From positions 59,148,001-59,212,000 of the forward strand of contig OX597833.1 of assembly GCA_951406725.2 (NCBI GenBank): a stretch of 64,000 nt of DNA, written 5' to 3'. This document shows, in pieces, positions 34,966 to 48,371 of the stretch. The notes under the pieces are model-generated. The model made no database searches and was not told the origin of the DNA. It saw only the letters and a program-made list of their open reading frames with translations. Numbering within the stretch: position 1 is the stretch's first letter; each line of letters begins with the position of its first letter. A program made the translations under genes and the position numbers. The DNA is from Octopus vulgaris (lineage: Eukaryota).

Positions 34966-36877
34966 CTCTAATGATGTTGTTAAAGCTATTTCTGCTGTTA
35001 TTGAAGAATTTGGTTTTCTTATGGAACAACTTTTTACAATGATAATGTGTGATTCTGTCTCCACCAGATCCATTGGCTTACTCTGTTTATCGTTCATGTG
35101 TTCACTTGTTCACCACTTTATCTGTTCACCTGATCATCCGTTCACCTATTCAGTTCGTTCATCCACCCACCCACTCGTTCATCGACTTACCTCTTTGTCT
35201 GCTTACTCGTTCATTTCTTCAATCCGTTCACCTATTCAGCCGTTCATCCGTTCATCTGTTCACATGTTCCCGTTCATCTCAATCAACATCTGTTCACCAC
35301 TCCCGTTTGTTGTTTGCGTTTGGAGTCAGATTCTTCCTTCTGCTACTCTGAAAATCGCACCACAATAATGCACTGCTATGCACTGCCATGCATTTCCACG
35401 TAGAACATGCAAAGAAGCTGCATTGTTGCTGTTTACAGACACAATTGGAAGCTGCTGCTGCTTCTGCTGCTGCTGTTGCTGTTGTTACTACCTGTGTCTT
35501 TGGGAAGGTTTTCTCTCACCTGACTGCTCGATATTGTAATCTTTGACTGAAACTACATCAATTGATCTGAGCGATTGATTTAATTCCCGCTACATTTAAT
35601 GGGTGCATACGTCACAATAGGGGAGACGCCCTTTCTAAGAACTTCTCTCTTTCCGGCTCTGCCGCTGTGGATTTAAGTTTTGCCTATATGGATATACACA
35701 CTAAACATGGGAAACAAATATTTTACAAGGGTTTACTCCCTCCACCAACTGGGGCCGATCTGTGCTCGCTTGTTTTAGGAGTGCTGAGTTTAAATCACAG
35801 CTACGTTTCTGAAAGGAGAAGTTTTCTTCCCTTGTCTTCTTGTCTTCTCTTCGTTGTTCTGGCATTTCAACAATTCTCACCCTATCCCTAATAATTATTG
35901 AATGCTAAAATATTATTTAATTAATCCTCTTAATCAATATTTATCTGTGGTTAAGAGAAAAACCATTATTGGCAATACTTTCAAGGTTGTATACAACTAC
36001 TCTTCATGTATTTGATGTGGCACTGTTAAGAAAATTTCTCAACATATGCTGGAGAAAGCAACAAGCATTACCTCAGAGAAAGCATTTGGAAAAGTATTTC
36101 TTTGGATTATGAAAAAATAGGGGTCAACTATCTACCCCTTCAACAAGCTTTTATATCTGCATTACAAGGATTTTTATTGAGTACCTCAAGATAAAATCTC
36201 ACAAACCCCGTTGTTTATTAAGGGTTTTCTTCAGACAAACGAATGATCCCTCTGTACTTGTGTTCCCTGTGAAACTTTCAAAGACCCACATTGTATAGGA
36301 GCAGCTGCTAGGGAGCAGAAAGGGATCTTTGTGGCTCTGATGGCAAACTAATAGAGTCTTATACAAAAAAAAAAAAATACAGTCACACATACACATATAC
36401 ATACATACATACATACATACATACATACACACACACATATATATATACACACACATACATATGTATGTGTATATAAAAAGCTACACAAACATGGATATTC
36501 CAGTTGCTAAAGCATATGGTTCTTATATTAATTCATCATTCATTACAAGGAAGTTTTCATGAAAAGGAAGTTTTTGTGAAAAAAAAAAAAAAAAAATTCA
36601 AAACACATAAAAACTTGCTAAAATTGTCATCCCTTCTCATCACATTGTGTTAGAAAAAATGATGCTGTCCCCAGACCAACACTTGTGTCTGCTACACTGA
36701 GAATGTTAAATATTGGCTCAATGTTGGCGCCATGATAGATTCCAAAGATGGCTACAGAAACTTTATTCACATCAAAGATGTTTTTGCTGGTGACGTAAGT
36801 TTGGTTAATCATCTTCCCTCTCTCTCTCTCTTTTTCTCTCTCTCTGTCTCTCTGATACACACACACACACGCACACA

Positions 36878-36910
<33 letters not shown>

Positions 36911-36954
36911 CAACATTTCTGTAACACCTATAACATCATTTACTTACTTTTTTT

Positions 36955-37315
36955 TTTTTTCAAGTCTGATACTTATTCTAGCGGTCTGTTTTGCTAAACC
37001 GATAAGTAATGGGGATGTAAACAAACCACCACAGGTTGTCATGCAGTGGTGAGGTACAAGCACATACACAAAGACACACAACACACACACACACGCACAT
37101 ACATACACACAACACATATACACACATATGTGTGTGTGTGTGTACATGTGTGTGTCTTTGTGTTTCCATCTAATAAATCCACTCACAAAGCTTTGGTCAG
37201 CTCAGGGCTTCAGGGTTATAGTTGGAGACATTTGCCCAAGATACCATGCAGTGGGACTGAACCCAGAACCATATAAGTGGGAACCAAAATTCTTACCACA
37301 CAGCCACATCTGCAC
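36955..37315 (-). mobile_element. SINE family A, older
   Basis: Reverse complement of the head CTTACCACACAGCCAC and body. Confidence 0.8.
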
Positions 37316-37771
37316 CAGTTTTTGAAGGGCTTATTTTCTTCCCTTTATTTATCCCTCTAAATATTTTTTACCATATTCTCTTGGCAATTCTTTTTATTTA
37401 GTGTTGTTGTTGTTGTTATTGTTTGTTGCTATTTAACCCTTGGTTAGCCCTGACTTAGCAGACATGTGACCAAAGCTTTTCCAGTCATGACCGCTTCGTA
37501 TTTTGCGCAGGCATAGTGTATCTGCGATTACATTATACGATATATCTTTACTTTTACAAGACGTAGGATTTGGCTGCTAGTTCTAGCAGGCCAATAAACT
37601 GCATACAGGCTTCTTCATTTGTCTGTTATTGTTGTTACCGTTGATATCTTTCCACTCCCTCATATGACAATAAATGAGCAGATGTTTTTTGGGTATCAGC
37701 TTGATACCCTGCTGAATTTCAATCTTGCAAGAGTATCTTTGGGGTTTACCTTTCCATGGTATCTTCTAAGC

Positions 37772-38283
37772 TAGTGGTCTTCAGCCAGGATCCATATGCC
37801 CCTCGGGTGTCCATACAAGATTTTGTTGTTAAAATTCATGTACAATAAATTGGTTATATTTCTACAATAAGCAAAATATTTTAACAATTTGTTTAAATAC
37901 ACTGCTTTATAGTGTTCAATGACAAAAAATAAGGTGGCGAACTAACTGAACGGTTAGCACACTGGGCAATATGCTCAGTGGTATTTCATCCAAGTTCAAA
38001 TTCCACCAAGGTCAACTTTGTCTTTCATCCTTTCAGGTTCGATAAAATAAGTACCAGTTGAGTTCTGGGGCTGGTGTAACTGATTTAGACCCTCCCCAAA
38101 AATTTTTGACCTCATGCCAAAAATTGGAAACCAATATTTAATTATAAAAATATCTTTTATTTTTTACTTGCTTCAGTCATTAGACTGCGGCCATGCTGGG
38201 AGGATTTTTTAACCAGTGAATGGTTATGGGGATCCACATGAATAAAATAGGAATCAAAGGGACCCATAGGTCGAGAAACACTG
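37772..38283. mobile_element. hAT-type MITE, degenerate, with nested SINE B (37932-38130) and a SINE A fragment
   Basis: TAGTGGTCTTCAGCCAGGATCCATATG ... GGTCGAGAAACACTG; related to 46695-47022. Confidence 0.55.
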
Positions 38284-38370
38284 ATTTGAATGGTTTTATA
38301 ATGAAATGATCTTTTGTAGCAGAACCCACAGACATTTCACAATTGATAAATGGTCTTCTATTTTGATGCA

Positions 38371-38945
38371 TTAACCCTTTCGTTATTGCATTTATTTTGA
38401 GATGCTCTGTATTTCTTTCAATTAATTTTAAATATAAGAAAGGGTTTAGTAAAATAACTTAGTTATCATTCAGCTAGTGTTAAGAATATAAATTGTGATT
38501 AAGGGTTGGTGGAAGATTTTAGTTCAAAACTTATGAAAACAAGACATTTGTACTACTGAGCCAGAGGCAGTTTCAGCTTCGTTGATTTTAAAAGGGTTAA
38601 GAATTGTTTCTCTATTATATATTTTAACCCCTCCATTACCGTATTTATTTTGAGATGTTCTGTGTTTCTTTCAATTAATTTTAAATATAAGAAAGAGTTT
38701 AGTTATTATTAAGCTGGTTTGGTGGAAGATTTTAATTCAAAACTTATGTTGACAAGACATTTGTACAACAGAGCCAGAAGTGGTTTCAGCTGGGTTGATA
38801 TCAAAAGGGTTAAGAATTGCTTCTCTATTATATATATTTAACCCATTCGTTACCATATTTATTTTGAGATATTCTGTGTGGAATCAAGACATTTGAACTA
38901 CAGAGCCAGAGGAGGTTTTAGCCAGGTTGGTATTGAAAGGGTTAA
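38371..38945. mobile_element. Three tandem piggyBac-like MITE copies
   Basis: TTAACCC..GGGTTAA units at 38371-38600, 38624-38813 and 38838-38945, with a shared spacer. Confidence 0.8.
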
Positions 38946-38999
38946 TCTATAAGTATTCATAAGATTACTTGATTATGTCCTTGTTTGTCTTCTTTTTTT

Positions 39000-39205
39000 C
39001 GGTTCAGTCATTGAACAACGGCCATGCTGGGGCAAAACCTTGAAAGGTTTTTAGTCAAACGAACTGACCCTAGTATTTTTAAGGCTGGAACTTGTTTTAT
39101 CAGTCTCTTTTGCCGAGCCACTAAGTAATGGGAATGTAAACAAACTGACATTGATTTTGTCAAGTAGTGGGGTGGGGGACAAACACAAAGACACACACAC
39201 ACACA
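39000..39205 (-). mobile_element. SINE family A 3' part, older
   Basis: TTCAGTCATT..GGCCATGCTGGGGCA..TCTCTTTTGCCGA. Confidence 0.7.
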
Positions 39206-39352
39206 TACTCAGTGTACTGTTCCAGTATTGGTGGAATCCTGTGAGAGATAAATATTATTTAAATCCTGTGTATATATATAGATAGATATGTATAAATATT
39301 GCAATGGTTTATGGTAAGCAATTTTTACATTTCTGTAAATAATAATAATAGT

Positions 39353-39558
39353 ATTTTATAAGCTTCAAGCTTATAAGTGATTACCATATAATGATTAAAG
39401 AGAATAGTCTAATATTGGGACATATAAGCCCTCGACAGAAAAACATAGGGTTTCCATAAGTATGGACCTTGAACATCGAGGGTTTATATACCCCAATGTT
39501 AGACCATTTTCTTCAGTCATTACATAGTGATTGCTTATAAGCTTTAAGCTTATAAAAT
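39353..39558. mobile_element. Fold-back/MITE-like element with 83-bp inverted arms
   Basis: 39353-39435 is the reverse complement of 39476-39558 at roughly 80% identity; 40-bp spacer. Confidence 0.75.
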
Positions 39559-39980
39559 GGCAGTGTGGTAGGAAGCCTGCTTCCAAACCACTGGGTTCAG
39601 TTCCACTGCATGGCACCATGAGCAAGTGTCTTCTATTATAGCCTCAGGCCAATCAAAACTTGTGAGTGGATTTGGTAGACAGAAACTGAAAGAAGCCCAT
39701 CATATATGCGTGTGTGTATGTGTGTGTGTGTGCACGTGTGCGTGTGTGTATGTGTGTCTGTCTGTATGTTTGTCTGTGTCTGTGCTTATCTCCCACCATC
39801 ACTTCACAACCGATGTTGGTGTGTTTATGTCCCTGTAACCTAGCGGTTCGACATAAGAGACTGATAGAATAAGTGCTGGGCTTATGAAGAATCAGTCCTG
39901 GGATTAATTTGTTCAACTAAAGGTGGTGCTCCAGCATGGCCAAAGTCAAATTACTAAAACAACAAAAAGAGTAGAAGAGT
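39558..39980 (+). mobile_element. SINE family A
   Basis: Family A motifs. Confidence 0.85.
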
Positions 39981-40013
39981 ATATATACATACGCACACAC
40001 ACACATATATATA

Positions 40014-40078
<65 letters not shown>

Positions 40079-40082
<4 letters not shown>

Positions 40083-40259
40083 TCAAGACTATTGAAAAGG
40101 TTGCAAGACACAGTGAAAATAAGAAATAAATGGAAATTTTACTGGTGAGTGTGTTACATAATAAGGCACAAAAAGAAAATGACTCTCCCCAGACACAACA
40201 GAATATGCTTCAACACACGAACTATATACAGAATCTTGCAAACCAAATCCAAAAACGAA

Positions 40260-40260
<1 letters not shown>
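40079..40260 (+). mobile_element. Monomer of the element forming the 1-602 fold-back, inside (TA)n
   Basis: Begins AGAGTCAAGACTATTGAAAAGGTTGCAAGA, continues GACTCTCCCCAGACACAACAGAATATG; a further decayed copy lies at 40948-41092. Confidence 0.85.
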
Positions 40261-40292
<32 letters not shown>

Positions 40293-40296
40293 TATT

Positions 40297-40411
<115 letters not shown>

Positions 40412-41301
40412 CTTAAGGAAACAGATCATTCTTTTACACACACACACCTTGTCGCCTACTGGGTGAGATGTGATTGTTTTCAACTTTTGGACTCAGTGCT
40501 TCTTTAGCAAAACACTTTATTTCACATTGCCACAGTCCACTCAGCTGTAAATGAGTCTCTTTGTGACGGACTGGCACAACACCCAAGGGAATGTTGTGAT
40601 CCTGGTCATTTATATGCTGAGGAAACTGGGCAGCCGGTTCTACTTCTTATGACTCAAAGCAGTAATGTCCACTATCCATACGTGAGTGTATGTGTATATA
40701 CACATGTATGTGTGTGTGTGCGTATATATTTGGGATTGCCTTGATAACGTTCTGTTATCGTATATTTTCGGATATATTAATTTGACTGATATTTTATGCT
40801 TTTTGTTCTGTATCTAAATATGTTGGCACAACAGAAATGATCATTGGTAATGCAGGGTGTAATCATCAATGATATATATATGTGATTTTTCCAATTTTAT
40901 TTTTGTGATATAATATTTATAAATATATATATTTATATATAAATATATAAGAAATAAATGGAAATAGATTTATATGTATGTGTATGTATTATATATATTG
41001 TGTGTGTTACATTATAAGGCGTAAAATATATAAATGACTCTCCCCAGACATAAACACACGAACTCATACAGAATCTTGCAAACCAAATCCAATTTTATAG
41101 TAAAAATTATATAATATATAATATATATATATATATATAATACAAACAAGGGATTTAAACATACATAAAATTTCAATATAAAGTAATTGTAGTGGCGGTT
41201 TATTTACTTTATATATATATAATATTATATATATATATATATATTAGAGTCCAACCCATGCTAGCATGGAAAGGGACGTTAAACGATGATGATGATGATG
41301 A

Positions 41302-41348
<47 letters not shown>

Positions 41349-41445
41349 AAATTTGTGTACATTTAAACACAAGAGAGGTGACCCTTAACATGCAGCCTTA
41401 CATGCTACAAGTACCAGTCAAAATATATGTATGAAGATTTTCTTG

Positions 41446-41541
<96 letters not shown>

Positions 41542-41581
41542 TATATGTATGTATGTATGTGTGTGTGTGTGTGTGTGTGTA

Positions 41582-41945
41582 TGCGCAGGTGTAACTGTGT
41601 GGTAAGAAGCTTACTTCCCAGCCACATGGTTCTGGGTTCAATCCTACTACATGGCACCTTGGGCAAGTGGCTTCTACTATAGCCTCAGGCCGAAAATGTC
41701 CTTGTGAGTGGATTTCATAGACAGAAACTGAAAGAAACCTGTCGTAGATATATTTATGTGTCTGTAGTTGTTCCCATCACCATTGCTTCACAACCGATGT
41801 TGGTGTGTTTATGTCCCCGTACCTTAGCAGTTTGGCTAAAGAAACTGGTAAAATAAGTACTAGGCTTACAAAGAATAAATCCTGGAGTTGTTTTAAGGTG
41901 GTGCTCCAGCATAGCCACAGTCAAATGACTGAAACATGTAAAACA
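41582..41945 (+). mobile_element. SINE family A
   Basis: Family A motifs. Confidence 0.85.
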
Positions 41946-42327
41946 ATACATAATTATACACCCACACACATACACACAGAATACGTAAAAAATATTATGA
42001 ATATCATATCAAAATATAAAATGAACAACAAATCTCTACCAAAACTTATGAAATTAGAAATCTCCCCAGCAGTAATTCATTAGTGAGGGTCATTTGTGGA
42101 AGTTTGTGCACAGATAATGTATTTTTGTTATATACATTGACTCAACCAGGTGGAAATTGGTGTCTTCATTGAACTTTGGCATTCATGATATTTATTGATA
42201 AAAGTTCATATTTGAAGATTTCCCGTATAAACAGATTGAAATGAAATAATTAAACATGAAAAATTAGTTCTAAAATATTTGTTAATAATTAATACACACA
42301 GCAATATGGCAGATTTGTTAAAATACT

Positions 42328-42497
42328 AGGTGCAGGAGTAGCTGTGTGATAAGTAGCTAGCTTACCAACAACATGGTTCCAGGTTCAGTCCCACTGCATG
42401 GCACCTTGGGCAAGTGTCTTCTACTATAGCCTCAGGCCGACCAAAGCCTTTTGAGTGGATTTGGTAGACGGAAACTGAAAGAAACCCGTCGTATATA

Positions 42498-42546
<49 letters not shown>

Positions 42547-42782
42547 CTGTGTGTATGTGTATGTGTTTGTGTGTCTGTGTTTGTCCCCTCCCCCCCCCAT
42601 CACTTGACAACCGATGCTGGTGTGTTTATGTCTCCGTAACTTAGCGGTTCGGCGAAAAGCGATCGCTAGAATAAGTACTAGGCTTACAAAAAATAAGTCC
42701 TGCGGTCGATTTGTTCAACTAAATGTGGTGCTCCAGCATGGGCACAGTCAAATGACTGAAACAAGTAAAAGAGCAAAAGAGT
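42328..42782 (+). mobile_element. SINE family A, full length
   Basis: Family A motifs. Confidence 0.9.
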
Positions 42783-42794
42783 ATACTAGACAAG

Positions 42795-43449
42795 ACGCTC
42801 AGCAGCATTTCATCCAGCTTTATGTTTTGAGTTCAATTCCCACCAAGGTCACAACTTTCCCTTACGTCTTTTCAGGGTTGATAAAATAAAGTACTGGAGT
42901 TGATATAACTGATTAGCCCCTCCCCACAAAATATCAGGTCATGTGACTATACTAGAAACAATAATCAATCCTTTTGTTTTAGGCACAAGGTCTGAAATTT
43001 GGCGGGGGCGGGGATAGTCGATTACTTGGATCCCAGCACGCAACTGGTATTTAATTTATCGACCCTGAAAGGATAAAAGGTAAAGTTGACCTCGGCAGAA
43101 TTTGAACCCAGAACATAGTAATGAACGAAATACTGCGAAGCATTTTGTCCAGCATGCTACTGATTCTGACAGCTTGCCACCCTAACAGAAAGAATAATTC
43201 TATTCTACTCTAGGCACAAGGCCTGAAATACCTATTTCTTTATTACCCACAAGGGGCTAAACACAGAGCGGACAAACAAGGACAGACATAGGTATTAAGT
43301 CGATTACATCGTAACTGGTACTTAATTTATCGACCCCGAAAGGATGAAAGGCAAAGTCGACCATGGCGGAATTTGAACTCACAACGTAACGCAGACGAAA
43401 TACCGCTAAGCATTTCGCCCGGCGTGCTAACGTTTCTGCCAGCTCGCCT
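42795..43449. mobile_element. Cluster of SINE B copies (+ 42795-42960; - 42975-43190; - 43230-43449)
   Basis: Family B core in both orientations. Confidence 0.85.
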
Positions 43450-43459
43450 GAAATACCAC

Positions 43460-44012
43460 CAGGCATTTCTTGAGCAAGACACTTTATTTCATGTTACTCC
43501 AGTTCACTCAGCAGTAGAAATGAATTGTGACATCACTGGTGTATCAATCTTTGTGGTGTGGAGAAGGGAGGCTGGTATGCATGGGCAACTGCTGGTCTTA
43601 CCCAGACTTGTGCCTTGGAGGGGAACTTTCTAAGTACAATCCCTCAGTCATTGGTGACCAAAGGGGGTCTTTACTCTTTACCTATAGGAGCACTCTGTCA
43701 GTTACGATGATGAGGGTCCCAGCTGATATGGTCAACGGAACAGCTTGCTCATAAAATGAACATGCAAGTGGCTGAGCACTCCACAGATATGTGCACCCTT
43801 AACACTGTTCGCAAGGAGATTCAGTGTGACACAGAGTGTGACAAGGCCGGCCCTTTTGAAATATAGGTACTACTCAATTTTGCCAGCTGAGTGGACTGGA
43901 GCAACGTGAAAAAAGAGTGTCTTGCTCAAGGACACAGCGAGTCGCCAAGAATTGAACTCACAACCTTACGATCATGAGCCGAATGCTCTAACCACTAAGC
44001 CATGCGCCCTCA
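43460..44012. mobile_element. Two SINE D copies (+ 43460-43680; - 43690-44012 with tail type 3)
   Basis: TTGAGCAAGACACTTTATTTCA..CTCCAGTTCACTCAGC core in both orientations. Confidence 0.8.
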
Positions 44013-44450
44013 CATTGACACCCTTTACCTGGTATCAATGTAATTGACTAAAAATTGTACTCAACTGCAATCCCCTAAAACTTGCTGGGCTTGTGCCAAA
44101 ATGCAATCAACTAAAATCCCCTAAAAATTGCTTTGTGCCGAAATGAAAAAGAAAATAATAATTAATACAACTTTATTACCAAATAATTAATACAACTCTG
44201 TTACCAAATACTGAGCCTTTGTTTACAATTAAATGCAAATCAGCACTTAAAAACTAATTACTTGATTGCAGTAAATCTTACATCTCTACAAGTAATAAAT
44301 TAATTAGGTTTTCTTTCAGTAGTACATTAATTAATCCTTGACTAGTAATTAATTTATTACCACCCCACTCACACTCACACACACTCACACTCACACATGC
44401 ACACACACACACATGCACAAACATATGCACACACATTCACATGCCCACAG

Positions 44451-44481
<31 letters not shown>

Positions 44482-44621
44482 TGCGCACACTTCCGATGAT
44501 CTCCCCCTGTACCTCTTATCATGTCCTCATCAATCAACTTATGACACAATTCTACTGTTGTTCTTTCTTCTTTTGTCATCTCACAACCAGTCAGCCTCTC
44601 ACATTTTCATTCTCCATTGAC

Positions 44622-44820
44622 CGTGGAGCCACGTGGCTAAGTGGTTAGGGTGTCAGATTCATGATCGTTTAATTGTGGTTTCAATTCCTGAAATGACCCC
44701 AGTCCATTCATCTGGCAAAATGAGTAATCTTGCAATGGGCTGGTGACCAGTCCAGGGGACAATATATGTGCCACAGAAACCAGAAAGCCAGCCCCAGGAA
44801 TCTATATGGCTCAGAAAGGA
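44622..44820 (+). mobile_element. SINE family D, internally deleted, tail type 1
   Basis: GTGGAGCCACGTGGCTAAGTGGTTAGGG head; GAAACCAGAAAGCC tail. Confidence 0.65.
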
Positions 44821-44827
44821 TCTTTAT

Positions 44828-45240
44828 CCTATATTTCCTTATTTCTTTATTGCCCACAAGGGGCTAAACACAGACGGGAGAAACAAGGACAGACAAACGG
44901 ATTAAGTCGATTACATCAACCCCAGTGCATAACTAGTGCTTAATTTTTTGACCCTGAAAGGATGAAAGGCAAAGTTGACCTCGGCGGAATTTGAGCTCAG
45001 AACGTAACGGTAGACAAAATACCTATTTCTTTACTACCCACAAGAGCTACACACAGAGGGGACAAACAAGGACAGACAAATGGATTAAGTCGATTACATT
45101 GACCCCAGTGCGTAACTGGTAACGAAAGGATGAAAGGCAAAGTCAACCTCAGTGGAATTTGAACTCGGAATGTAACGGCAGATGAAATACGGCTACGCAT
45201 TTCGCCCAGCATGCTAACGTTTCTGCCAGCTCGCCGCCTT
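44828..45240 (-). mobile_element. Tandem SINE B dimer
   Basis: Two head-to-tail minus-strand copies. Confidence 0.9.
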
Positions 45241-45799
45241 CATTGTATATTTACATTAACCTATTACACAATCTCTCTCTCATCTTTCACACACCATTTT
45301 GAATACAAGCCCCACAAAATTAGTTTCCTCTCTCCCTCCTTTCTGGTGCTAGATATTCTCTCATGACTTCCAACTACCCCACTTTGTATGTATGAATATT
45401 TATATATATATATATATATATATGAAAAATAGAAGTTGAAAATGCACTGAGAATAGTTAAAATATTTCTTATTGATATATTTGAAGCTTTAACCAGTTTC
45501 ACAGTTTATGCTGATTTTCAAAAGTTCAAATACAAAGACGTGCTTTTGTTGTAGTTGTCTTACTTCTGACTAGTGTTTGAAGTTTGCCCTGTTTTTATAG
45601 GGAGTTAATGGCTCAAAATAGTATATTTTTTTAATTGGATTTGATTGGTAGGAGATGGACATATGACTGTTCTTAGAAATTTTTATAGGTTCCCTGCTAT
45701 GTCCGTGTGTTAGTATCAAGTGACACAGTTTGGCATCATAAGTTAAGGCTGACACGGTTGACTGAACAAGTCCAAACAAGCAATACTTTGAATGTTTTC

Positions 45800-46140
45800 T
45801 GTCAAGGGTTTGTAGAGAATGAACCCGTGATTAAGTTATGCCTTCTTAAAACATTCAAAGAGCACATTCGAAAAGAGGTAATTTGAGAATAGAGAAGAAT
45901 CAACGATGTAATTGCTAAGTACTGAAAGCAGAAGTTTCGCAGGGCCAGATATGTGGCAAGGTTCACAGACAATAGGTGGACCTGTGCAGTTGTGAAGTTG
46001 TATCCAAAAGACCAGAAAAGGCCTCCCTGACAATGGGAAGATAATTTAGTCAAACAAATTGGGTCAAGATGGGAAAGAATGAAGCAATCATGACAAAGTT
46101 GGAAGTGCATTGTGACCAGCAGTTTATAACTGCATCTGAT
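45800..46140 (+). pseudogene. RTE LINE 3' ORF fragment
   Basis: IRKEVI..DVI..KFRRARYVARFTDNRWT..V..YPKDQKRP..WED..G.RW matches the RTE RWAGHVAR..DNRWT..WYP..KRP..RW.D motif; in-frame stops. Confidence 0.8.
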
Positions 46141-46180
46141 AGTCTGGATCAATACTGTGATACTGTGATATATATATGTG

Positions 46181-46225
<45 letters not shown>

Positions 46226-46226
<1 letters not shown>

Positions 46227-46400
46227 GGCATAGGAGTGGCTGTGTGGTAAGGAGCTTGCTTACAATCCACATGGTTCTGGGTTCAGTCCCACTGCATGGC
46301 ACCTTGGGCAAGTGTCTTCCACTATAGCCTCAGGCTGACCAAAGCCTTGTGAGTGGATTTGGTAGATGGAAACTGAAAGAAGCCCGTCGTATATATATAT
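46226..46400 (+). mobile_element. SINE family A 5' half
   Basis: Head through GAAAGAAGCCCGTCG. Confidence 0.9.
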
Positions 46401-46694
46401 ATGTATGTATGTATGTACCATTTAACATCTATTCTCCAAACTGGCATTGGTTGGATGGTCTACTAGGACTGAGCTACACTCCAGTGTCTGCACTGGAATG
46501 GTTTCTAAGCGGCTGGATGCCCTTCCTGATTGACCATTAGCCACTATGTAGACTATATATGGAGTGCCAAAAATAGACAACTCTATGTAGACACAGTGTA
46601 TAGCCTGCCTAGATAGACAAGTCCATTAGCCACAATATTGACACACAGTGTATACGCTGCCTAGATAGACATCTACATTAGTCACTATATAGAT

Positions 46695-47022
46695 CAGTGG
46701 TTCTCAGCCAGGGTCCATATTATCCCTTAGGGTCCACATAAGATTTTGGGGGTCCACGCAAGCAAAAATAGTTCTTTGGGTTTACAGCAGCATTTTATGG
46801 GTCCATGAAAAACATTTTGCTTTCGATGTCTTTATTGCAAGAAACAGTTCCTTGCTCTGATGTTTTTCATAGTTCAGCCTACTCAAGGGGATGCGTGATA
46901 AACGAAATAGGAATTTTTTGAAAGACGTGTCTATAAAATTAGCTTTTAAACATCAAATGGCTACGGGGGTGGGGGGGGGGTCACCGGAATTAGATAGTAA
47001 CCAAAGGTTAAAAAACAAATTG
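46695..47022. mobile_element. hAT-type MITE inside a degenerate tandem repeat (46535-47080)
   Basis: CAGTGGTTCTCAGCCAGGGTCCATAT start, repeated GGGTCCA motifs; CCATTAGC/TAGACA units on both sides. Confidence 0.6.
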
Positions 47023-47931
47023 TTGTCGACCACTGTGTACAGACTGTGTCAACCACTGTGTATAGACAACTCCATTAGCAATAACAATCTCTCCTTAATA
47101 TTTTCTAGGTTATTCTATTAGCAGGAATTTAAGTTTCTTATTTTGACATAAGAACTGCGTCGCTGTAGTTGTATGTGGTGGTAGTGGCAGTGATGGTGGT
47201 GGCGATGGCGATAGTGGTACTGGTGCTGCTGCTGCTGTTGCTGCTGTTGTGGTGATGGTGGTGATGATGTGCAATATTGCTCTGTAATGGTGTAGTGCCA
47301 GTGAGACTTTAAACGATCAAAGAATTTATGTAAATCATTAGAAATAATGAAAAAAAAAAAAAAAAAAAACCAACAAAATTCTCTCCATATTTATTTTATC
47401 AATATTCCAATATTCGTTGTTATATTCCCAAAGCTGTTAGCTTCTACCATATTCTACAACATTCCTCAATCCTTGTGATATTCCCAAATCTCGAAGCTTC
47501 TACAATGTTCCATAATATTAGCATCCATTCTTTTGAAATTTCAGAAACTCAATTAAAACCATTCCTCATCAATTAACTACTAAATCTTGTAACCATTCCA
47601 CAACCACCACAGCCTGGAGGTGCCTAACCTTTGATGTCTGTAAGAAAACTGACAAAATTTTCTTCAACCAAATATTTGCGTAAACATTATTTTGACATTA
47701 GATGTCGGTGATTCATCATTTTCCCATCATTGATTCCTGTCATTATGTATTCAGTTAGCAGCCATTCAGCATCCTTCATCGTTTCATAAATTTCTGTTTG
47801 AATAACTGACAAGAAAGGTCTCTGTCTCACATGACTGACAAAATTGAAGCACTACATGTGTTTTCCTGTCAACTTGTATCAGACATTTCTGCCTGTTAAG
47901 GGTCACAAACATCCTCATTTTGATTAAAATA

Positions 47932-48323
47932 CTAGCAGCATTGCCCGGCAATGATCGGGTTTGTTTCGACCCTTTAGAATTGGAATTTTTGAAAAGTAAA
48001 AATTTTGCATTATGTAGCTTGTTATTCTCTTTAAGAGAACATTTTTCTGGTTCAAATACACCGATAAATGGCAACACAGCAGTAAAAAAAAACGTAAAAA
48101 ATAGGGATTTTCATAGAAAAAAAGCACTTTTTTGATGTAAATAATTTTGGTCTTAACAAGGTCCGATTTGAATTTTATCTTCTACAGAATGAAGAGCAAG
48201 CCTTCTTCTATCATACTCTCAATTTTGGTCAACTTGTGCCACAGGGTCTCGGAGGAGATAGTGTTAGATGTAGGCTACCAAACCTGCCACACACAGACAA
48301 CTTCAGCTTTATATATATATAGA
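47932..48323 (-). mobile_element. Non-autonomous Helitron
   Basis: Minus strand A|TCTATATATA ... CCCGATCATTGCCGGG hairpin ... CTAG|T. Confidence 0.8.
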
Positions 48324-48371
48324 TAAAAAAACATGTTTTTTGGAATAGTAGATTGCAAAGTGCATAAAGCT

